Assembly (NCBI GenBank): GCA_963796105.1
Contig: CAWCKJ010000004.1
Span: 64,001-128,000, forward strand
From: a candidate division FCPU426 bacterium
GTDB taxonomy: Bacteria; Oederibacteriota; Muellerivitia; Muellerivitales; Muellerivitaceae
DNA length: 64,000 nt
Reading direction: 5' to 3'
The position numbers were made by a program, and so were the translations under genes. The stretch's first letter is position 1. Each line of letters starts with the position of its first letter. The notes under the pieces are model-generated. The model did not search any database and had not been told where the DNA came from. It saw only the letters and a program-made list of their open reading frames with translations. Shown here piece after piece: positions 38,677 through 49,299 of the stretch.

Positions 38677-39585
38677 ATGAGCTACCAGCGGATGAAAAGC
38701 ATTAAAATTCTGAGGAAAATCCACACGGAAGAAGAAGCCCGCCAATGGGTGTGGAGATGCCGTTTCGGCGGGAAAGACTTTGTTTGTCCCCAATGTGAGG
38801 GCGAAAGCTTCTGGCAACACCAGGCCAAGCCTGAAGTGAGGGAATGTGACTATTGCCGGAAACGTCTTCGGCTTCGCGCCGGGACGATTTTTGAAAGCTC
38901 CAAGCTGCCTCTTTTAACCTGGGTCAGGGCCATCAGTTTGATGATGCAGGGCAAACGGGGTATTTCGGCCCTGGAACTGAAGCGGCATTTAAATCTTTCG
39001 GATCATTCGGCATGGCTTCTATTGCATAAGATCCGGGAAGGTCTTAGGCAAAAGGACGAAAGCTATACTCTAAAGGGCGTCATTGAGTTGGATGGGGCGG
39101 TTTTTGGGAAAAAGGCCAAGGAAAACCAAGTGGAAGTCTTGGTGGCGGTGGAAAGCAAGGAATGGGTGGATGAGAATGGTTGCAAGAAGGAAAAAGCGGG
39201 TTTTGCCAAGGTGAAGGTAGCTATGGAAACCAAGTGGGAGAGCCAGGAATTCGTGAATCAGACTATGGAAAAAGGCTCTTTCCTCAACACAGATGCTTCG
39301 CCAGCCTTGCGTGAACTCAAAGGAGTGGAGGCAGACTACCGGGTGATGGCCAATGACCCGAAAGAGTTGGAAAGTTGGTTGCCCTGGGTACACCGGTTCA
39401 TTTCCAACGCCAAGGCCTGGATCATTGGAACTCATCATGGCGTTGATGCTAAGTATTTAGGCCGGTATCTAAGTGAATATGCCTATCGGTTCAACCGTCG
39501 TCATGATCCCGATTCCTTATTTCACCGTGCTTTGACCGCATGTGCCTTAGCAAAACCCATTACAGCACGGTCACTTTGTGCATAA
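38677..39585 (+). CDS. IS1595-family (ISXO2-like) DDE transposase
   Basis: Zn ribbon CPQC...CDYC, 'AGTIFESSKLPL', 'GISALEL', 'IELDG', 'NTD', 'GTHHGV', 'YLSEYAYRFNRR'. Stop codon lies inside the IRR. Confidence 0.95.
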   Translation: MSYQRMKSIKILRKIHTEEEARQWVWRCRFGGKDFVCPQCEGESFWQHQAKPEVRECDYCRKRLRLRAGTIFESSKLPLLTWVRAISLMMQGKRGISALELKRHLNLSDHSAWLLLHKIREGLRQKDESYTLKGVIELDGAVFGKKAKENQVEVLVAVESKEWVDENGCKKEKAGFAKVKVAMETKWESQEFVNQTMEKGSFLNTDASPALRELKGVEADYRVMANDPKELESWLPWVHRFISNAKAWIIGTHHGVDAKYLGRYLSEYAYRFNRRHDPDSLFHRALTACALAKPITARSLCA

Positions 39586-39691
39586 GCATACATTTTCGAG
39601 CGGATATTAAGGCATTCTTGGTCAAAAAAAATAAAAACGGGAAATTAGCCTGTAACATTTTATTTCTTAAAACATTATGAGCCAGCGGATT

Positions 39692-41296
39692 TTAGGACAA
39701 AAAGGTAGGTTTATATCCAATTTTGTATTTCTTTAGTCGGTAACCTAACTGTCTCGGGGTGATTCCGAGCAGTTTGCAAGCCCTGGATTGGACCCCTCCG
39801 CATTTTTCCATCGCTTCCATGACTCTCTTCTTCTCCAAGTCCGAGAGTGTTTCCTCTTGGTCGGGGGGATAGCTTGATTTTTCGTCATCCTGTTCCATCA
39901 CGGATCCGAGGGGTGAGGATCCACCAGGACGCAATCCCAAAGGTTGGGGGACCTCTTCGGCGGTGATTTCATTCCCCTTGGCCAAAACCGCCATACGCTC
40001 GATGGTATTTTCCAATTCCCTGACATTCCCTAGCCAGGGATGGTTCACCAACCGTCCCATGGCCTCCGTGGAAATCTGGTAATGAGCGCGATTCTCCCGG
40101 TTGTATTTCTCAAGGAAATATGAAACCAGAAGGGGAATATCCTCCTTGCGGGACCTCAGAGGGGGAAGGAAAATGGGAACCACGTTTAGCCGGTAGTAAA
40201 GATCTTCCCTGAACTTTCCCTCACCAATGGCCTTCTCCAGGTTCCGGTTGGTGGCGGCGATGATCCTCACATCCGAGCTGATGGTTTTGCTGCCCCCCAC
40301 GCGCTCGAACTTCCTTTCCTGAAGAACCCTCAGGAGCTTAACTTGGGTGGAGAGGGTGATGTCCCCCACCTCGTCCAGGAACAAGGAGCCGCCGTCCGCA
40401 AGCTCGAATCTTCCCTTCACCATTTCGGAGGCGCCGGTATAGCTGCCCTTCTCGTGGCCGAACAACTCGCTTTCCAGCAGGGTCTCTGGCAAGGCGGCGC
40501 AGGAGACTTTGATAAAGGGTTTTTGCGCGCGCGGGCTGTTGTAATGGATGGCGCGCGCGATAAGTTCCTTCCCGGTGCCGGACTCACCGCGAATGATGAC
40601 GGTGGTCCGGGTGGGGGCCACTTTTTGCACGCATTTGTAAACTTCCACCATGGACCCGGATTCCCCCACGATATTTTCCAACTTGTACTTACCCTTCAAC
40701 TCAGTCTGGAGCTCGCGGTTCTCCTCCATCAGGCTATCCTTTTCCCGCTGGATCATCTGGTGGAGCTTCAGGTTTTGGCCGATAAGGGAGGCCACGGTGG
40801 AGAGGAGACGGACGTCCTCCTCATAGGAAATATCCGAGTCCTTGAAAAGACGGTCCACCGACAGGACCCCGAGATTCTCGCCCTTGATCTTGATCGGCAC
40901 GCAGAAGAAAGAAATGTTCTGCCTCTTGATGTCTCCGCGGGCTTTGGTGCGGTTGAGGAATAAAGGCTCTTTCCCAATGTCAGGAATGAACATGGGTTCG
41001 CCCTTTTCCATCACCTTCCCCGTGACGCCCTCTCCGATGCGGTATTTACCCCTGGCGATCTCCTCTTTGGTGAGGCCGTGGGCCGCCTCGATGGAAAGCT
41101 GGCCTGTTTTCTTATCGAGGATCGTGACCGTTCCCCGGTTCATATCCAGCAATTGGGAAAGAGACTCCAGAATCTGGTTCAAGGACGATTTGAAATCCAG
41201 GGTGGAAGCCATCTTGTGAGTGATTTCATAAAGGGTGGTGAGTTCCTGGATTTTACGCAGTAATTTCTTTTGGGAATCTTTGGATGGATCAGTCAT
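39692..41296 (-). CDS. NifA-like sigma54-dependent activator (GAF-AAA+-HTH)
   Basis: N-terminal GAF ('GEGVTGKV', 'EPLFLNRT'), Walker A 'GESGTGKE', '[15 protein letters not shown]', '[11 protein letters not shown]', Fis-type HTH '[15 protein letters not shown]'. Confidence 0.93.
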   Translation of the reverse strand: MTDPSKDSQKKLLRKIQELTTLYEITHKMASTLDFKSSLNQILESLSQLLDMNRGTVTILDKKTGQLSIEAAHGLTKEEIARGKYRIGEGVTGKVMEKGEPMFIPDIGKEPLFLNRTKARGDIKRQNISFFCVPIKIKGENLGVLSVDRLFKDSDISYEEDVRLLSTVASLIGQNLKLHQMIQREKDSLMEENRELQTELKGKYKLENIVGESGSMVEVYKCVQKVAPTRTTVIIRGESGTGKELIARAIHYNSPRAQKPFIKVSCAALPETLLESELFGHEKGSYTGASEMVKGRFELADGGSLFLDEVGDITLSTQVKLLRVLQERKFERVGGSKTISSDVRIIAATNRNLEKAIGEGKFREDLYYRLNVVPIFLPPLRSRKEDIPLLVSYFLEKYNRENRAHYQISTEAMGRLVNHPWLGNVRELENTIERMAVLAKGNEITAEEVPQPLGLRPGGSSPLGSVMEQDDEKSSYPPDQEETLSDLEKKRVMEAMEKCGGVQSRACKLLGITPRQLGYRLKKYKIGYKPTFLS

Positions 41297-41519
41297 GGTT
41301 TACCCCATCTCTCGTTTCAAATCCGCGGTCGAATGAAATCTTCTTTCTATAACAAAACAGGATAATAGTCACTTTTAGGGGATTTTCTACATTTATGTCG
41401 AAATACAGTTTTGAAAAGCTTTTTTTAACACTTTCCTTATGCGGTTTTCGTCCAAATTCCGTCGTTTTAACTAACACCGAATTAGCCAAAAAGCTTTGTT
41501 TATGCTAAAAGGGTCCCCT

Positions 41520-42854
41520 ATGAAAACCAATAAAATTTACTTCTTCCTTTTGTTAGCTATGCCTGGTTTGGGACAAGCCCAAACCGCGCTGACTCTGGAT
41601 GACTGTATAAAGGAAGCCACTGCACACAACCGAGACCTTCTGACTGCCATACAAACAGTCAAGGCCGCCGAAAATACCAAAGTAGCCAGCTTGGGACAGT
41701 TTTTCCCACAAATTAATTTGAACGCCTCCCTTTCGAGAAGCGGAGCAGGTGGATTAAATGATGCCTTGAATGGCGACAGTTGGTTAAGTTTTCCTCCCTT
41801 AAGCAACTCCTATCCTGGTCCATATTTATATGAAAATGGGCCTTCTGCATTAGGTTCCAATATTTCCTTGAATGTGCAACAGGACATTTTTTCCGGTTTC
41901 AAGGATTTTGCCGCAGTGGATACTGCCAACGCCCAGTTGGATCAGGCCCGAGCCCAGCTCACCCAGGCTAAGGCCCAGCTTTCTCATGACTTGAAAAGTG
42001 ATTTTTACACCCTTCTTTACACCCAAAAAGAAATTGATCTTCTCAAGGAAATCCTGGACCGGCAAAAATACAACATGGACCTTGTTGAAATGAACTTCAA
42101 GGGAGGCACTGATAACAAGGGATCCTTCTTGCAGGCCCAGGCGGCCTACGAGGAGGCGAAATATGAATTGAGCCAAGCTCAACGAGCATTGAAGGTTGCC
42201 CAACGCCAATTGGCACCCGTCTTGGGCCGTAATGAGTTGGACACAATCTTGGTCCAGGGAGATTTCGACGTCACCACCGCCCCGCCTCCATCGCCTGATT
42301 TTTTAAAACTCGTCCTAGAAACGCCGGCCCATCTGGAATCCCTGGCCCAATTGCACCTCTCCGAAAGCGGTTATGTCACCGCCCGGGGAGCTTTTCTTCC
42401 GACCCTATCGGCTAACGCCTCGCTCTCAAGAAGCGCGTGGGACTCTGGGGGGAATCAGCCTGGTTGGTCGGCGGGACTTCAATTGAGCCTCCCCCTCTTT
42501 ACCGGCGGCAAGGATTGGTTTGACCTTCAAAGCGCTGAGGAATTGAAAAAAGGAGCGCAATACACGTTGCAAAGCACGGACATGAAGACGGAAAGCAGCC
42601 TGGAAAACGCCTTCGCCTCCTATCAGGATTCCTTCGAGCAAATCGGTGTCTTGCAGACCCAGCTGACAGCCGCACAAACTCAGGAGGAAATCGCCAAGGC
42701 CGAATATTTGAACGGCCTTCTCATTTTCGTGAACTGGAACCAGATCGAAGACGCATTAACCACCCAGGAAAAATCCAAACTTTCAGGATTTTTAAGCCTA
42801 GAAACTGCCAAGGCCAATTGGGAATTAACCGAAGGAAAGGGAGTGATACCATGA
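41520..42854 (+). CDS. TolC-family outer membrane efflux protein
   Basis: Signal peptide, 'LTLDDCIKEA', duplicated OEP pattern (FPQINLNAS / LPTLSANAS...LSLPLFTGG). ATG 41520 preferred over TTG 41496. Confidence 0.9.
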   Translation: MKTNKIYFFLLLAMPGLGQAQTALTLDDCIKEATAHNRDLLTAIQTVKAAENTKVASLGQFFPQINLNASLSRSGAGGLNDALNGDSWLSFPPLSNSYPGPYLYENGPSALGSNISLNVQQDIFSGFKDFAAVDTANAQLDQARAQLTQAKAQLSHDLKSDFYTLLYTQKEIDLLKEILDRQKYNMDLVEMNFKGGTDNKGSFLQAQAAYEEAKYELSQAQRALKVAQRQLAPVLGRNELDTILVQGDFDVTTAPPPSPDFLKLVLETPAHLESLAQLHLSESGYVTARGAFLPTLSANASLSRSAWDSGGNQPGWSAGLQLSLPLFTGGKDWFDLQSAEELKKGAQYTLQSTDMKTESSLENAFASYQDSFEQIGVLQTQLTAAQTQEEIAKAEYLNGLLIFVNWNQIEDALTTQEKSKLSGFLSLETAKANWELTEGKGVIP

Positions 42855-43867
42855 AGAGACGGCCGGAAGTCCAAATAGCTCGAGCCATCACAATCATTTT
42901 AATAACTACCAGTTTTTTAACAATTGGTTGTTCCAGCGGAAAGAAAGGCAAAGGAGGGGGTTTCCGTGCTGTTCCAGTGGTCAAGGATGACCTTCAGATC
43001 ACGGTTCTATCCACGGGCAACGTGCAACCCCAAAACCAGTTAGCCGTTTATTCACCGATCGCCGGGCGCATTGAGAAAATCCTTGTCTTGGAAGGAGACA
43101 ACGTTCGCAAGGGACAAAAGCTGATGGAGTTGAGTTCCACTGAAAGAGCAACCCTCTTGGATGAGGCCGCTGCCCAGGGCCCAGACCAGTTGGCCCATTG
43201 GCAAAAGTTGTACCAGGAAACACCCCTGCTTTCCCCCGAAACGGGACAAATCATATACTTGCCAACTGTGCCGGGCCAAATTGTGGGAACAAGCGTCACC
43301 CTTATGGTCATGTCCGATCATTTGATCGTCAACACCCAGGTGGACGAAACCGACCTAGCCCAGATCAAGATGGGCCAGGAAGCAACCATCACCCTGGATG
43401 CCTATCCCAGTGATCCCATTGAGGGAAAAGTCCGTCGGATTTCCTACCAATCCACCCTCGTCAACAACGTCACCACTTACGAGGTTGATGTCTGGCCGGC
43501 GAAGGTTCCTCCCTTTATGCGAAGCGGAATGACGGCCAACGTGGTCTTCAACGTCAACGAAAAAGATGACATTCTCCTGATCCCCTCGGAGGCTATTCAG
43601 CAAACACCTGACGGCCAGACCTATGTCCTCAAGGGAACCGGCAAACCCAACAGTTTGCCCCAAACCGTGATGATCCAAACCGGCTTGACCGACGGCAAAC
43701 AAACCGAGGTCACCTCCGGTCTGCAGGAAGGCGACAAAGTCCTTATTAAATCCTTCTCGGCGGGTCTCGTGGCGGCCCCGACCGCCGGGACCAATCCCTT
43801 CATGCCCAACGTGCGGGGCGGGGCTACCAGACCCAGCGGCGGCGGGGGTGGCGGAGGCAGCAGATAA
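42851..43867 (+). CDS. macA: MacA-like periplasmic adaptor (membrane fusion protein)
   Basis: 'TVLSTGNVQP', 'GRIEKILVLEGDNV', 'VDETDL', 'RSGMTANV', 'GLQEGDKV'. ATG 42851 overlaps the tolC stop. Confidence 0.88.
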   Translation: MKRRPEVQIARAITIILITTSFLTIGCSSGKKGKGGGFRAVPVVKDDLQITVLSTGNVQPQNQLAVYSPIAGRIEKILVLEGDNVRKGQKLMELSSTERATLLDEAAAQGPDQLAHWQKLYQETPLLSPETGQIIYLPTVPGQIVGTSVTLMVMSDHLIVNTQVDETDLAQIKMGQEATITLDAYPSDPIEGKVRRISYQSTLVNNVTTYEVDVWPAKVPPFMRSGMTANVVFNVNEKDDILLIPSEAIQQTPDGQTYVLKGTGKPNSLPQTVMIQTGLTDGKQTEVTSGLQEGDKVLIKSFSAGLVAAPTAGTNPFMPNVRGGATRPSGGGGGGGSR

Positions 43868-43973
43868 CTTGAAGACTGTTCGCGAGTGATTGTTCGCCGG
43901 TTATTTTTCAGATTTTTCAATACATTACTTTCAATCGTGTGCTGTCACCTGTGAACTGATTTAGGAGAAGATA

Positions 43974-45950
43974 TTGAGCGTCATCGAAATCACGGACATC
44001 CACAAGGTCTATAAAATGGGCGACACGGAAGTGCGCGCCCTCAACGGGGTTTCTTTACGGGTAGAACCGGGAGAGTTTCTGGCCATCATGGGACCGTCTG
44101 GTTCCGGCAAGTCCACCATGCTCCAAATCCTGGGGCTTCTGGACACACCCGACTCCGGTTCCTACAAGCTCCTGGGGCGGGAAGTTTCCACACTAAAGGA
44201 GGATGAGTTGGCCGCAGTCCGAAGCCAGACCCTGGGCTTCATTTTCCAGATGTTCAACCTCCTGGCCCGCACTCCAGCCCTGGAAAACGCCTCTCTTCCC
44301 CTTTTATATGCCAACCCCGACGCCCCTCATGGAGACCCTAAACAAATCCTGAGGGAAGTGGGCCTGGGCGACCGGGAACATCATAAGCCCAACGAGCTCT
44401 CCGGGGGCCAGCAACAGCGTGTGGCCATCGCGAGAGCATTGGTAAATAAGCCCCGTTTGATCCTTGCCGATGAGCCCACCGGAAACCTGGATTCCAAAAG
44501 TTCAGAGGAAATCATCCAGCTTCTCGAGAAAATGAATGAAAGCGGTATCACTGTTGTGATGGTCACCCACGAGCCCGACATCGCCGAGCACGCCCGGCGG
44601 ATCATCCACATGAAGGATGGAAAAATCCAATCGGATGAAATCAACCCCCGTTCCAAGGCTATTGCTCCCTCGATGTTAAAAACGGAAATTTCACAGGATC
44701 AATTCCAATTTCATTCAACTTTCAACCTCCGGCAGGTTCGCGAGTATTTCAGCCAAGCACTCCGGGCCCTCATGGCCAACAAGGTGCGTTCAAGCCTGTC
44801 TGTTCTGGGCATTCTCATCGGGGTCGGTGCGGTCATCGCCATGTTGGCTGTGGGAGCGGGCGCTCAGAAATCCCTCGAACAAAGACTGGCCTCCCTGGGA
44901 ACCAACCTCCTAATGCTCCGGCCGGGCTCCATAGCCGTGGGAGGGGTCCAACAAGGCTTGGGCGGCACCAGCCGCATTACCCTTCAAGACGCCGAGGCGG
45001 TTGCCAAAGTGCCCATGGTGAGCAAAATCGCCCCTGAAATCTCGGGCCGAGTCCAGGCCACTTACGCCGACAAGAATTGGAACACCCAAGTGACGGGAAC
45101 CACCCCCAACTACGCTCCCATGCGCGCCGCTGTTCCGATTTACGGACGCTTTATCACCAAAGACGATGTTCAAAAACGCAACCGGGTCTGCCTGCTGGGC
45201 CTGACTGTCATCCAGAAGCTTTTCGGGGACAATGCCAGCCCTATTGGTGAATTGATCAAGATCAACCGGGTAAGTTTCCAGGTTATCGGGGTTTTGCCCG
45301 TGAAGGGCTCCAATGGTTTCCAGGACCAGGATGACACCATCGTGGTTCCAGTCACCACAGCCATGTACCGGCTTTTCGGCAAGACGTACGTGAACATGGT
45401 GGATATCGAGGCGGACAGCCCACAGGACACCGGCCCCGCCTGCGACGCCGTTCAAGCCTTCATGATGAAGCTCAAGCATATCCCCAATCTGCCGACCAAT
45501 CAGGACGCCTTCCAGGTAAGGAACATGGCCGACATCCAATCGGCTTTGAGCGCCTCAACCCAGATCATGACGGTTCTTTTATCCTGCATCGCCGCCATTT
45601 CCCTTTTGGTGGGCGGTATCGGCATCATGAACATCATGCTGGTGTCCGTGACTGAACGTACCCGGGAAATCGGCCTGCGCAAAGCCATCGGCGCTAGGCG
45701 GCTGGACATCCTCTCCCAATTCCTCATTGAATCTGTGGCAGTCAGTTTGATGGGGGGAATCATTGGCATCATATTGGGCTGGTTTACCACCATCATGATT
45801 TCGCATTTCGCGGGCTGGGCCACTATCGTAAGCGTCAATTCCATTATTTTAGCTTCCGGATTCTCGATCCTCGTGGGAATGGTTTTCGGTATCTGGCCGG
45901 CCTATAAAGCTTCCCGCTTGAGCCCCATTCTGGCCCTGAGATACGAATAG
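43974..45950 (+). CDS. macB: MacB-like ABC transporter ATPase-permease fusion
   Basis: Walker A GPSGSGKS, LSGGQQQRVAIARAL, DEPTGNLD, 'GGIGIMNIMLVSVTERTREIG', 'ALRYE'. TTG start with AGGAG. Confidence 0.95.
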   Translation: MSVIEITDIHKVYKMGDTEVRALNGVSLRVEPGEFLAIMGPSGSGKSTMLQILGLLDTPDSGSYKLLGREVSTLKEDELAAVRSQTLGFIFQMFNLLARTPALENASLPLLYANPDAPHGDPKQILREVGLGDREHHKPNELSGGQQQRVAIARALVNKPRLILADEPTGNLDSKSSEEIIQLLEKMNESGITVVMVTHEPDIAEHARRIIHMKDGKIQSDEINPRSKAIAPSMLKTEISQDQFQFHSTFNLRQVREYFSQALRALMANKVRSSLSVLGILIGVGAVIAMLAVGAGAQKSLEQRLASLGTNLLMLRPGSIAVGGVQQGLGGTSRITLQDAEAVAKVPMVSKIAPEISGRVQATYADKNWNTQVTGTTPNYAPMRAAVPIYGRFITKDDVQKRNRVCLLGLTVIQKLFGDNASPIGELIKINRVSFQVIGVLPVKGSNGFQDQDDTIVVPVTTAMYRLFGKTYVNMVDIEADSPQDTGPACDAVQAFMMKLKHIPNLPTNQDAFQVRNMADIQSALSASTQIMTVLLSCIAAISLLVGGIGIMNIMLVSVTERTREIGLRKAIGARRLDILSQFLIESVAVSLMGGIIGIILGWFTTIMISHFAGWATIVSVNSIILASGFSILVGMVFGIWPAYKASRLSPILALRYE

Positions 45951-46043
45951 CATCTTTTTTAGGGGTGGTTTTTCTTCTTCTCCACCTCAGAAAATCCGGC
46001 GTCATGTATAATTTGCTGACTTTATGCTGAAAGGGCTCGAAAC

Positions 46044-46991
46044 ATGAAAAAAAGGTTTTTCTGGATCGGGTTGTTGATTTTTCTAGCGGTCCTGTCAACT
46101 TGCCTATATTTCATGTTCCGGACGAAAAGCACCCCGGTAGCCTACCACTCCGTCCAGGTCGCGAAAGGAGATCTCCGGGCCACAGTCCTTTCCACGGGAG
46201 TAGTTCAGCCTGAAAACCGACTGGAAATAAAGCCCCCTGTCTCGGGACGCATTGAAAAGGTTTTCGTGAAGGAAGGACAAAACCTCGAAAAGAACCAGGT
46301 GCTGGCCCGCATGAGCGGTGGTGAGCGGGCCTTATTGCTGGACGCGGCCCGGACCCAGGGCCCTGCTTCCGTGGCCTATTGGTCCTCTTTCTACAAGCCC
46401 ATCCCTATCCTGGCCCCGCTGGATGGCGTTCTCATCAAAAGAAACATCCAACCTGGCCAAACCGTGGGAACAGGGGACACACTGCTGGTCATGTCCGACC
46501 ACCTTATCGTGAGTGCCCAAGTGGACGAAACGGACTTGGCTCGCATCAAGGTGGGCCAAGAAGCCAACATCACGCTGGACGCCTATCCTGGCCAGGCGGT
46601 GGAGGCGACCGTGGACCAGATCGCCTTCGAGGCCCAGACCGTGAACAACGTAACGGTTTACAACGTCGATGTCCTGCCTAAAAAGGTTCCGGATTTCATG
46701 CGAAGCGGCATGACCGCAAATGCCGCTTTCATCATTGCCAAGAGGAAGGGCGTCCCTGTTTTGCCTTTCGAGGCTATCAGCCATGAGAACGGCAAAGCTT
46801 TCGTGCTGATCGCCGACCCGACCCATCCAAATAAGCCCCTGAAAAAGGAAATCACCACCGGCATCACGGACGGTCAAAAAGTTGAGGTGCTGGATGGCTT
46901 GAAGGAAGGCGACACGGTCCAGGTTGCCGAGGGTTCTATCGGGGGCGGGCCCAACCCTGTCCCGCCTTGGGAACGGAAAACAGCGAAGTAA
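46044..46991 (+). CDS. macA: MacA-like periplasmic adaptor, second copy
   Basis: Paralog of 42851..43867 (TVLSTGVVQP, VDETDL, RSGMTAN). Confidence 0.88.
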   Translation: MKKRFFWIGLLIFLAVLSTCLYFMFRTKSTPVAYHSVQVAKGDLRATVLSTGVVQPENRLEIKPPVSGRIEKVFVKEGQNLEKNQVLARMSGGERALLLDAARTQGPASVAYWSSFYKPIPILAPLDGVLIKRNIQPGQTVGTGDTLLVMSDHLIVSAQVDETDLARIKVGQEANITLDAYPGQAVEATVDQIAFEAQTVNNVTVYNVDVLPKKVPDFMRSGMTANAAFIIAKRKGVPVLPFEAISHENGKAFVLIADPTHPNKPLKKEITTGITDGQKVEVLDGLKEGDTVQVAEGSIGGGPNPVPPWERKTAK

Positions 46992-47018
46992 AATCCCAAG
47001 AGGTCATCTCAAAACCTA

Positions 47019-47189
47019 TTTCACCACAGAGGCACAGCTTAATTCATCAACATCGGTAAGACAGAACGGCATTGCGAATGTCATTTCTTCATTGTTTTAA
47101 AAGCAAATTAAAAATGCGGGCATCTCAAAAAGAAACTTAATTATTAACCAATATTGCTTTAGCTGCGTCTCCGTGTCCCTGTGGTAAAA
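47019..47189. repeat. Hairpin element with CACCACAG/CTGTGGT arms between macA2 and macB2
   Basis: TTTCACCACAGAGGCACAGC (47019-47038) and GCTGCGTCTCCGTGTCCCTGTGGTAAAA (47162-47189) are inverted arms around an AT-rich spacer. Confidence 0.75.
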
Positions 47190-47212
47190 CTTGTTCTACG
47201 GAAACTGGTTCA

Positions 47213-49183
47213 ATGATCGAAATTTCCAACCTCTCGAAAGTTTACAAAATGGGCCAGGAGGAAGTCCGAGCCCTGGATGATGTTTCCCTTTCCATAGGGG
47301 AAGGCGAATTCGTGGCTATCATGGGCTTGTCCGGCTCTGGCAAGTCCACCCTTCTTCATATATTAGGCCTTCTCGACACCCCGGATTCAGGCTCCTACCG
47401 ATTGATGGGCAAGGAAGTCGCCAATTTGAGCGAGGATGACCTTGCCTCCATCCGCAGCCAGACAATCGGTTTCGTTTTCCAACAATTCAACCTTCTGTCC
47501 CGGACCACTGCGTTGGAAAACGCCTCCCTACCCCAACTGTACGCTTCCAGCTCATTAAGCCCGGAGCGCCCGCGGAACTTGTTAGCAGAGGTGGGTTTGG
47601 GGGCCCGAACCGTCCACAAGCCCAACGAGCTTTCAGGGGGCCAGCAGCAGCGCGTGGCCATCGCGCGGGCACTGGTCAACAATCCGGTTATGATCCTGGC
47701 CGATGAGCCCACTGGGAACTTGGACACGAAAAGTTCCTTTGAAATCCTGGACCTCCTGCAAAAACTGAACCGCGAGGGCATCACGGTCATCCTGGTGACA
47801 CATGAAACCACCATCGCCCAACACGCCAGCCGCGTCATCCACATCAAGGACGGACGCATTGACTCGGATGAAAGACTTAAACCGCAAATGCCCGCCTCCT
47901 CCCCAAAGGCGGCCACCGATCGGGGAGTTTCAATCGATTCCGTTCAGCCTTCCGGACTGAATCTGGTTAAGTATTTCAAGTTCTTCCTCCAGGCCCTACG
48001 TTCCCTTCGGTCCAATAAACTTCGGACGGCCCTTTCGGTATTGGGGGTCCTCATCGGTGTCATGGTGGTGATCGCCATGATGGCGATGGGCGCCGGGGCT
48101 AAGATTTCTCTCCAAAGGGCCATAGCCACTCTGGGCGCCAACGTAATCCAAATCCAGCCTGGCACGCGCAATATCCGCGGGGTTTCCCTGGGTTGGTGGG
48201 ACCCCATGACACGCCTAACCCTGGCGGATTGCCAGGAAGCGGGCCGTTCTATTTCTTACGTCAAAAGCACCGCTCCCGAGGTCTGGGGAAAGGTGCAGGT
48301 TACCTATGGGGACAAGAACTGGAACACCTATTTGATCGGCACAACCCCCGCTTTCGCTCCCATGAAAGCCTCGGAACCTACGGCCGGGAATTTTTTCACG
48401 GAGGACGACATCCTGCAAAGGAACAAGGTCGCCCTCCTGGGCATGACGAACGTGCGCCAGCTTTTCGGCAAGGAAAACCCCATCGGCGCCAACATCAAAA
48501 TCAACAAGATCAACTTCCAGGTCATCGGGGTGCTCCCGGAAAAAGGCGCCAACGCTTGGTGGGACTCGGATGACAACATCCTGGTGCCGGTCTCCACCGC
48601 CATGTACCGCGTGCTGGGCCAACAGTTCATCGGCGTCATCGATGTGGAGGTGGACGCGCCGGAACACATCCCGGCGGTCAAGGACTCCGCGAAAGATTTG
48701 ATGCTCCAGCGACACCACATTCCCTCCACCCAGGACAAGGCCTTCCGGATCAACGACATGGCGGACTACCAGAACGCCATGTCCCAGGGCAACACCACCC
48801 TTTCCATCCTGATCCTGGGGATCGCGTTTTTCTGCCTCCTGGTGGGCGGCATCGGCATCATGAACATCATGCTGGTAACAGTCACGGAAAGAACCCGTGA
48901 AATCGGCCTGCGCAAGGCTGTGGGGGCAAAGCGAAGGGACATCTTGTTCCAATTCCTCATCGAATCCGTGGTGGTAAGCCTCATAGGAGGAGTGATCGGT
49001 ATCCTTTTGGGTTGGCTCGCGGCGGCCCTATTCAGCCAAATCGTCGATTGGCAAGCGCCCGTAACGATCGGAGCGATACTCCTGGGGTTCTTTTTTTCGG
49101 TGGGAGTGGGGGTTGCGGCCGGCTTCTGGCCGGCATTCAAGGCCTCCCGTTTGAACCCGATTGATGCCCTCCGTTACGAATAG
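47213..49183 (+). CDS. macB: MacB-like ABC transporter ATPase-permease fusion, second copy
   Basis: Same NBD and FtsX-like motifs as 43974..45950. Confidence 0.95.
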   Translation: MIEISNLSKVYKMGQEEVRALDDVSLSIGEGEFVAIMGLSGSGKSTLLHILGLLDTPDSGSYRLMGKEVANLSEDDLASIRSQTIGFVFQQFNLLSRTTALENASLPQLYASSSLSPERPRNLLAEVGLGARTVHKPNELSGGQQQRVAIARALVNNPVMILADEPTGNLDTKSSFEILDLLQKLNREGITVILVTHETTIAQHASRVIHIKDGRIDSDERLKPQMPASSPKAATDRGVSIDSVQPSGLNLVKYFKFFLQALRSLRSNKLRTALSVLGVLIGVMVVIAMMAMGAGAKISLQRAIATLGANVIQIQPGTRNIRGVSLGWWDPMTRLTLADCQEAGRSISYVKSTAPEVWGKVQVTYGDKNWNTYLIGTTPAFAPMKASEPTAGNFFTEDDILQRNKVALLGMTNVRQLFGKENPIGANIKINKINFQVIGVLPEKGANAWWDSDDNILVPVSTAMYRVLGQQFIGVIDVEVDAPEHIPAVKDSAKDLMLQRHHIPSTQDKAFRINDMADYQNAMSQGNTTLSILILGIAFFCLLVGGIGIMNIMLVTVTERTREIGLRKAVGAKRRDILFQFLIESVVVSLIGGVIGILLGWLAAALFSQIVDWQAPVTIGAILLGFFFSVGVGVAAGFWPAFKASRLNPIDALRYE

Positions 49184-49299
49184 CTTTTCCTCAACTTTGA
49201 TCGGATTTTCCCCTTCTTCCTTCTCTGGAAATCGGTATATTAACGTTTGCTTTTTCAACAAAGACTGGCTGCTGACAATTCTTCAGCCAAAGGAACCTT

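Larger units (their letters stand above)
38605..39590 (+). mobile_element. IS1595-family insertion sequence (986 bp), copy A
   Basis: Imperfect IRs 38606-38626 / 39569-39589 (17/21). 8-bp target duplication CATTTTCG at 38597-38604 and 39591-39598. Confidence 0.93.

Noticed and set aside
39577..39592. TGT-N10-ACA NifA upstream activator sequence
   Set aside because: It is formed by the IS right end plus the TSD and is absent in IS copy B. A 6-bp match is expected by chance.
39692..41296. Calling the gene nifA / inferring nitrogen fixation
   Set aside because: No nif structural genes in the window. The domain architecture alone is insufficient.
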